From Anolis carolinensis (taxonomy: Eukaryota): a stretch of 64,000 nt of DNA. Positions 61,283-64,000 of this stretch are shown here, piece by piece. How positions within the stretch are numbered: position 1 is the first letter of the stretch; the number at the start of each line of letters is the position of its first letter. The notes beneath the pieces were generated by a model. It was not told the DNA's origin. It saw only the letters and a program-made list of their open reading frames with translations, and made no database searches. The position numbers were made by a program, and so were the translations under genes. Where the stretch lies: positions 9,873,955-9,937,954 of the forward strand of contig NC_085843.1 in the NCBI RefSeq assembly GCF_035594765.1, in the 5' to 3' direction.

Positions 61283-62553
61283 CTAGAAATGACAGGCAGA
61301 AACAAAGCTTCAGTGGGCATTCTGACATCTACACATAGATTAACATTCTATGGTTCCTGCTTCTGAGATGCAAGGGGCTGCTGGATTTTGACCTTTATAA
61401 ATCTGTTTTGAAATGTCAGAGAAAGTTAAGTTACTTTGCAGAGTCTAGACACATCTATAACACACACCAGTTTAATTGGTATGTCTCTAAAAGGTATTCT
61501 GTAGTTTTGAGGAAATGCCAAAAACTCAAGTGTTACTTTTGTATCAGTCTTCAAATGGAAGGGAAAGGGGCTACAAATAGCCCATGCCTGTCCTTATAGT
61601 ACCCCTTCCTTATAGTCTGGTGGTTATAGTCAATCTCACTACTCTGTTCTACTGCGTGTGAAGACAGGCCCCAAGCAAGAACACAACACTGAAGAGTGAG
61701 GAGTGCACCAATACTGCAGCCTTAATGCAGACTGACACCACTTGAACTGCCATGACCCAATGCTATGAAATCCTGGGCATTAATAGTTTGGTGAGGCTTT
61801 AGCACTATTTGGTAAAGAAGGCTAAAAATGTAAAACTGCGCCACCCAGGATTCCATACCATTGAGGCATAGCAGTTAAAGTGGTGTGAAGCTGCATTAAT
61901 TCAATAGCAGAGGTACCTCAAATTATCTTATATGAGCAAGAGGTATGTATACCTACAAAAAGATATATTTCTAATATTAAGCAGTCAATCTACATATAAA
62001 GAAATCCAAGCATAGAGAGTACAGGAAAGGATTACTGTAAAACTGCCAATATAAATTTTCCAAAGGAAGTTTATAAAGGCAATGTATAGCAGAATTTGGA
62101 GTAGATGGGCCTTTCAACTTTAACCAAATCAGTCTGTGCTAGTCAAACACCGATATACCTACTATTGGAAGAGCTATCAGTTATTTACATTATTCTTGGA
62201 TCTATAAAAAGATCCTGATATGCACAAATTAGAATACAGAGCTCTTCTCTGGTAGTTTAGAAAATGCTTCATTTATTAAACTACCGCATTGTTAGACCAG
62301 TGCGGATGAATCTTTTCCGCAATCCCCCAGATGTTGGATAGCAACTTCCATCAGCCCTCACAATTGGTGATGACGGTTAAAAGCATTTAAAAAGTCCCCT
62401 GGGGGAGGTAGGGCAGAATACAAATAAAGTTATTACTATTATTAAAAGTGAGAAGTTTACTATAAGAGAGCCCCACTGCAACAGTGTGAAGATCCCAGTT
62501 GATGCTACCCACATAAAATAAGAATTTATCAAATCTCAGAGGCTAGGATTTAC

Positions 62554-62693
62554 CAGCATAAAGATGGCTGTACAGACTAAAGTTGCCAGTGGAGTCACAG
62601 ATGGAAGGACAGTATGTTGAAATTCTTGGACCAGCCCTCCAGTCATGGCAGCCTTGGGCATCTCTGCAGGGTTGAGGAATTTGTATTTCAGAC
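62554..62693 (-). CDS. ALG8: ALG8 exon
   Basis: [47 protein letters not shown]; 140 bp; ctccag/gtaaat. Confidence 0.94.
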
Positions 62694-63928
62694 CTGGAGT
62701 TTAAAATGGACATAGATTAGAAAAACACTTTATTTGTCAATCCTGCTAACAAAGTAAATACTAAAGAAAATCTCAGCATTATTTATGCACAAGTGATTAA
62801 GCTTAGAATCACAGTCAGTTTTCAGTCATTTCATTAAACACACTTAAGCACACCTGGATGAAATGTCACACTTCTTTAGCTTGTTCATTTATTTTTTATT
62901 TGATTTATATCCAGTTTTTCTCTTGATGTGTGACCCAAGGTGGCCATACAGCAGATTAAAACAAAGTATACTTAAAATTGATAATAAAAAGTTTAAAAGT
63001 TACATAAACAATCCTATTAAAACATCCCTAATTTTAAACAGTGTAACATTTAAAAAAATAGAAGTATAGTATTAAAAGACCTCTCTGTACAATCAGTTAA
63101 TTGTTGAAGGCCTCTGACAGTTTCGATACAAATAGCTTCAAAGCTGGAAAGTTTGAGAAAGCCTTTTAAAAAACTTATCTGATGTAAGTAAGGGATAATT
63201 GATGTTAATGGAGGTTGATGTCACTTGTAGTTTTACACGATCTCTGCCGAGGAATGCTGGTGTTTCACAGAACTACAAATACCCAAATTCCATAACATTG
63301 AGCCATGGCATTTAAAATGGGGCCAAACAGCATTAATTCTACAGTGTAAGCACAAAGTAAGTTCAGTATGGCAGTAAGAAACCAAAAGGACTAAGCATGT
63401 GGAAATCAGAAGGGACCTTGCAAAGAACTTGATTGCATGAATGGCCATGACATCCACTCATGTTTCAGTGCACATTTCCAGCTTTTCTGTCTGACCTTCC
63501 AAGCTAGTCAGGGGAACGTACAGGCAGTGACCTTTCCAGTGCTGTGTCTGCATGCCAAGTCTGTCTGAGGCACAATGCCGGATCTGATGAGTCAATTGCC
63601 CAACCCTGTACCCTTATTTCAAATATTCCTGTGCACATTTTGAAATTGTAAGAATAACATACAATTAGGGCAAGGGACATTTTCTTGAGCTTTCAGAGGT
63701 TAGGAAGTCTGGTGCCTTCCAGATATGTCCAGACAGTTTCCAAAACCCTCCTCACTAAAACCAATGGCTGGGACTAATGACAACTGTATAACAGAAAACC
63801 CAAAGAAAACCTGATATCCTACAGTGATTGATGTACTGCCTGGTTATTTCTTAAAGTAACAATCTCTGAAAGAAATGAACTTGCAACTTATATTTGCAGT
63901 TGAAAAATACAGAATTAGGGTACTGTAC

Positions 63929-64000
63929 CGATAACAGAGAGAGCTTTGTCTACAGCACTGTATATTGCCCAGAAGTTGGGAGCCCAGTATGCATGACAAA
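63929..64000 (-). CDS. ALG8: ALG8 exon, partial (continues beyond the window)
   Basis: CHAYWAPNFWAIYSAVDKALSVI, the conserved ALG6/8 WAPNFW motif; donor G|gtacag at 63929/63928. Confidence 0.93.

Overview
Repeat-rich squamate genomic DNA, most likely Anolis, judged by the Sauria SINEs, SPIN/OC1 hAT derivatives, Penelope and R4/Dong elements. It contains the conserved vertebrate block KCTD14(-) / THRSP / NDUFC2(-) / ALG8(-, last six exons only, one of them partial). The main anomaly is that the THRSP (Spot14) position holds three intact, diverged two-exon Spot14-family genes: 17049-17429(-), 28698-29045(-) and 39030-39407(+). Each has a donor just after the stop codon, a candidate non-coding 3' exon and a polyA signal. 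The many Penelope pseudo-LTR fragments carry a minimal type-I hammerhead ribozyme motif. Transposons place perfect IR1 nuclear-receptor elements and a 51-bp minisatellite upstream of the first THRSP copy. Three solo LTRs, several nested insertions and several templated local duplications are visible. There are two N gaps (1899-2034, 36539-36679). Family assignments come from recalled motifs and consensus sequences, not from database searches.
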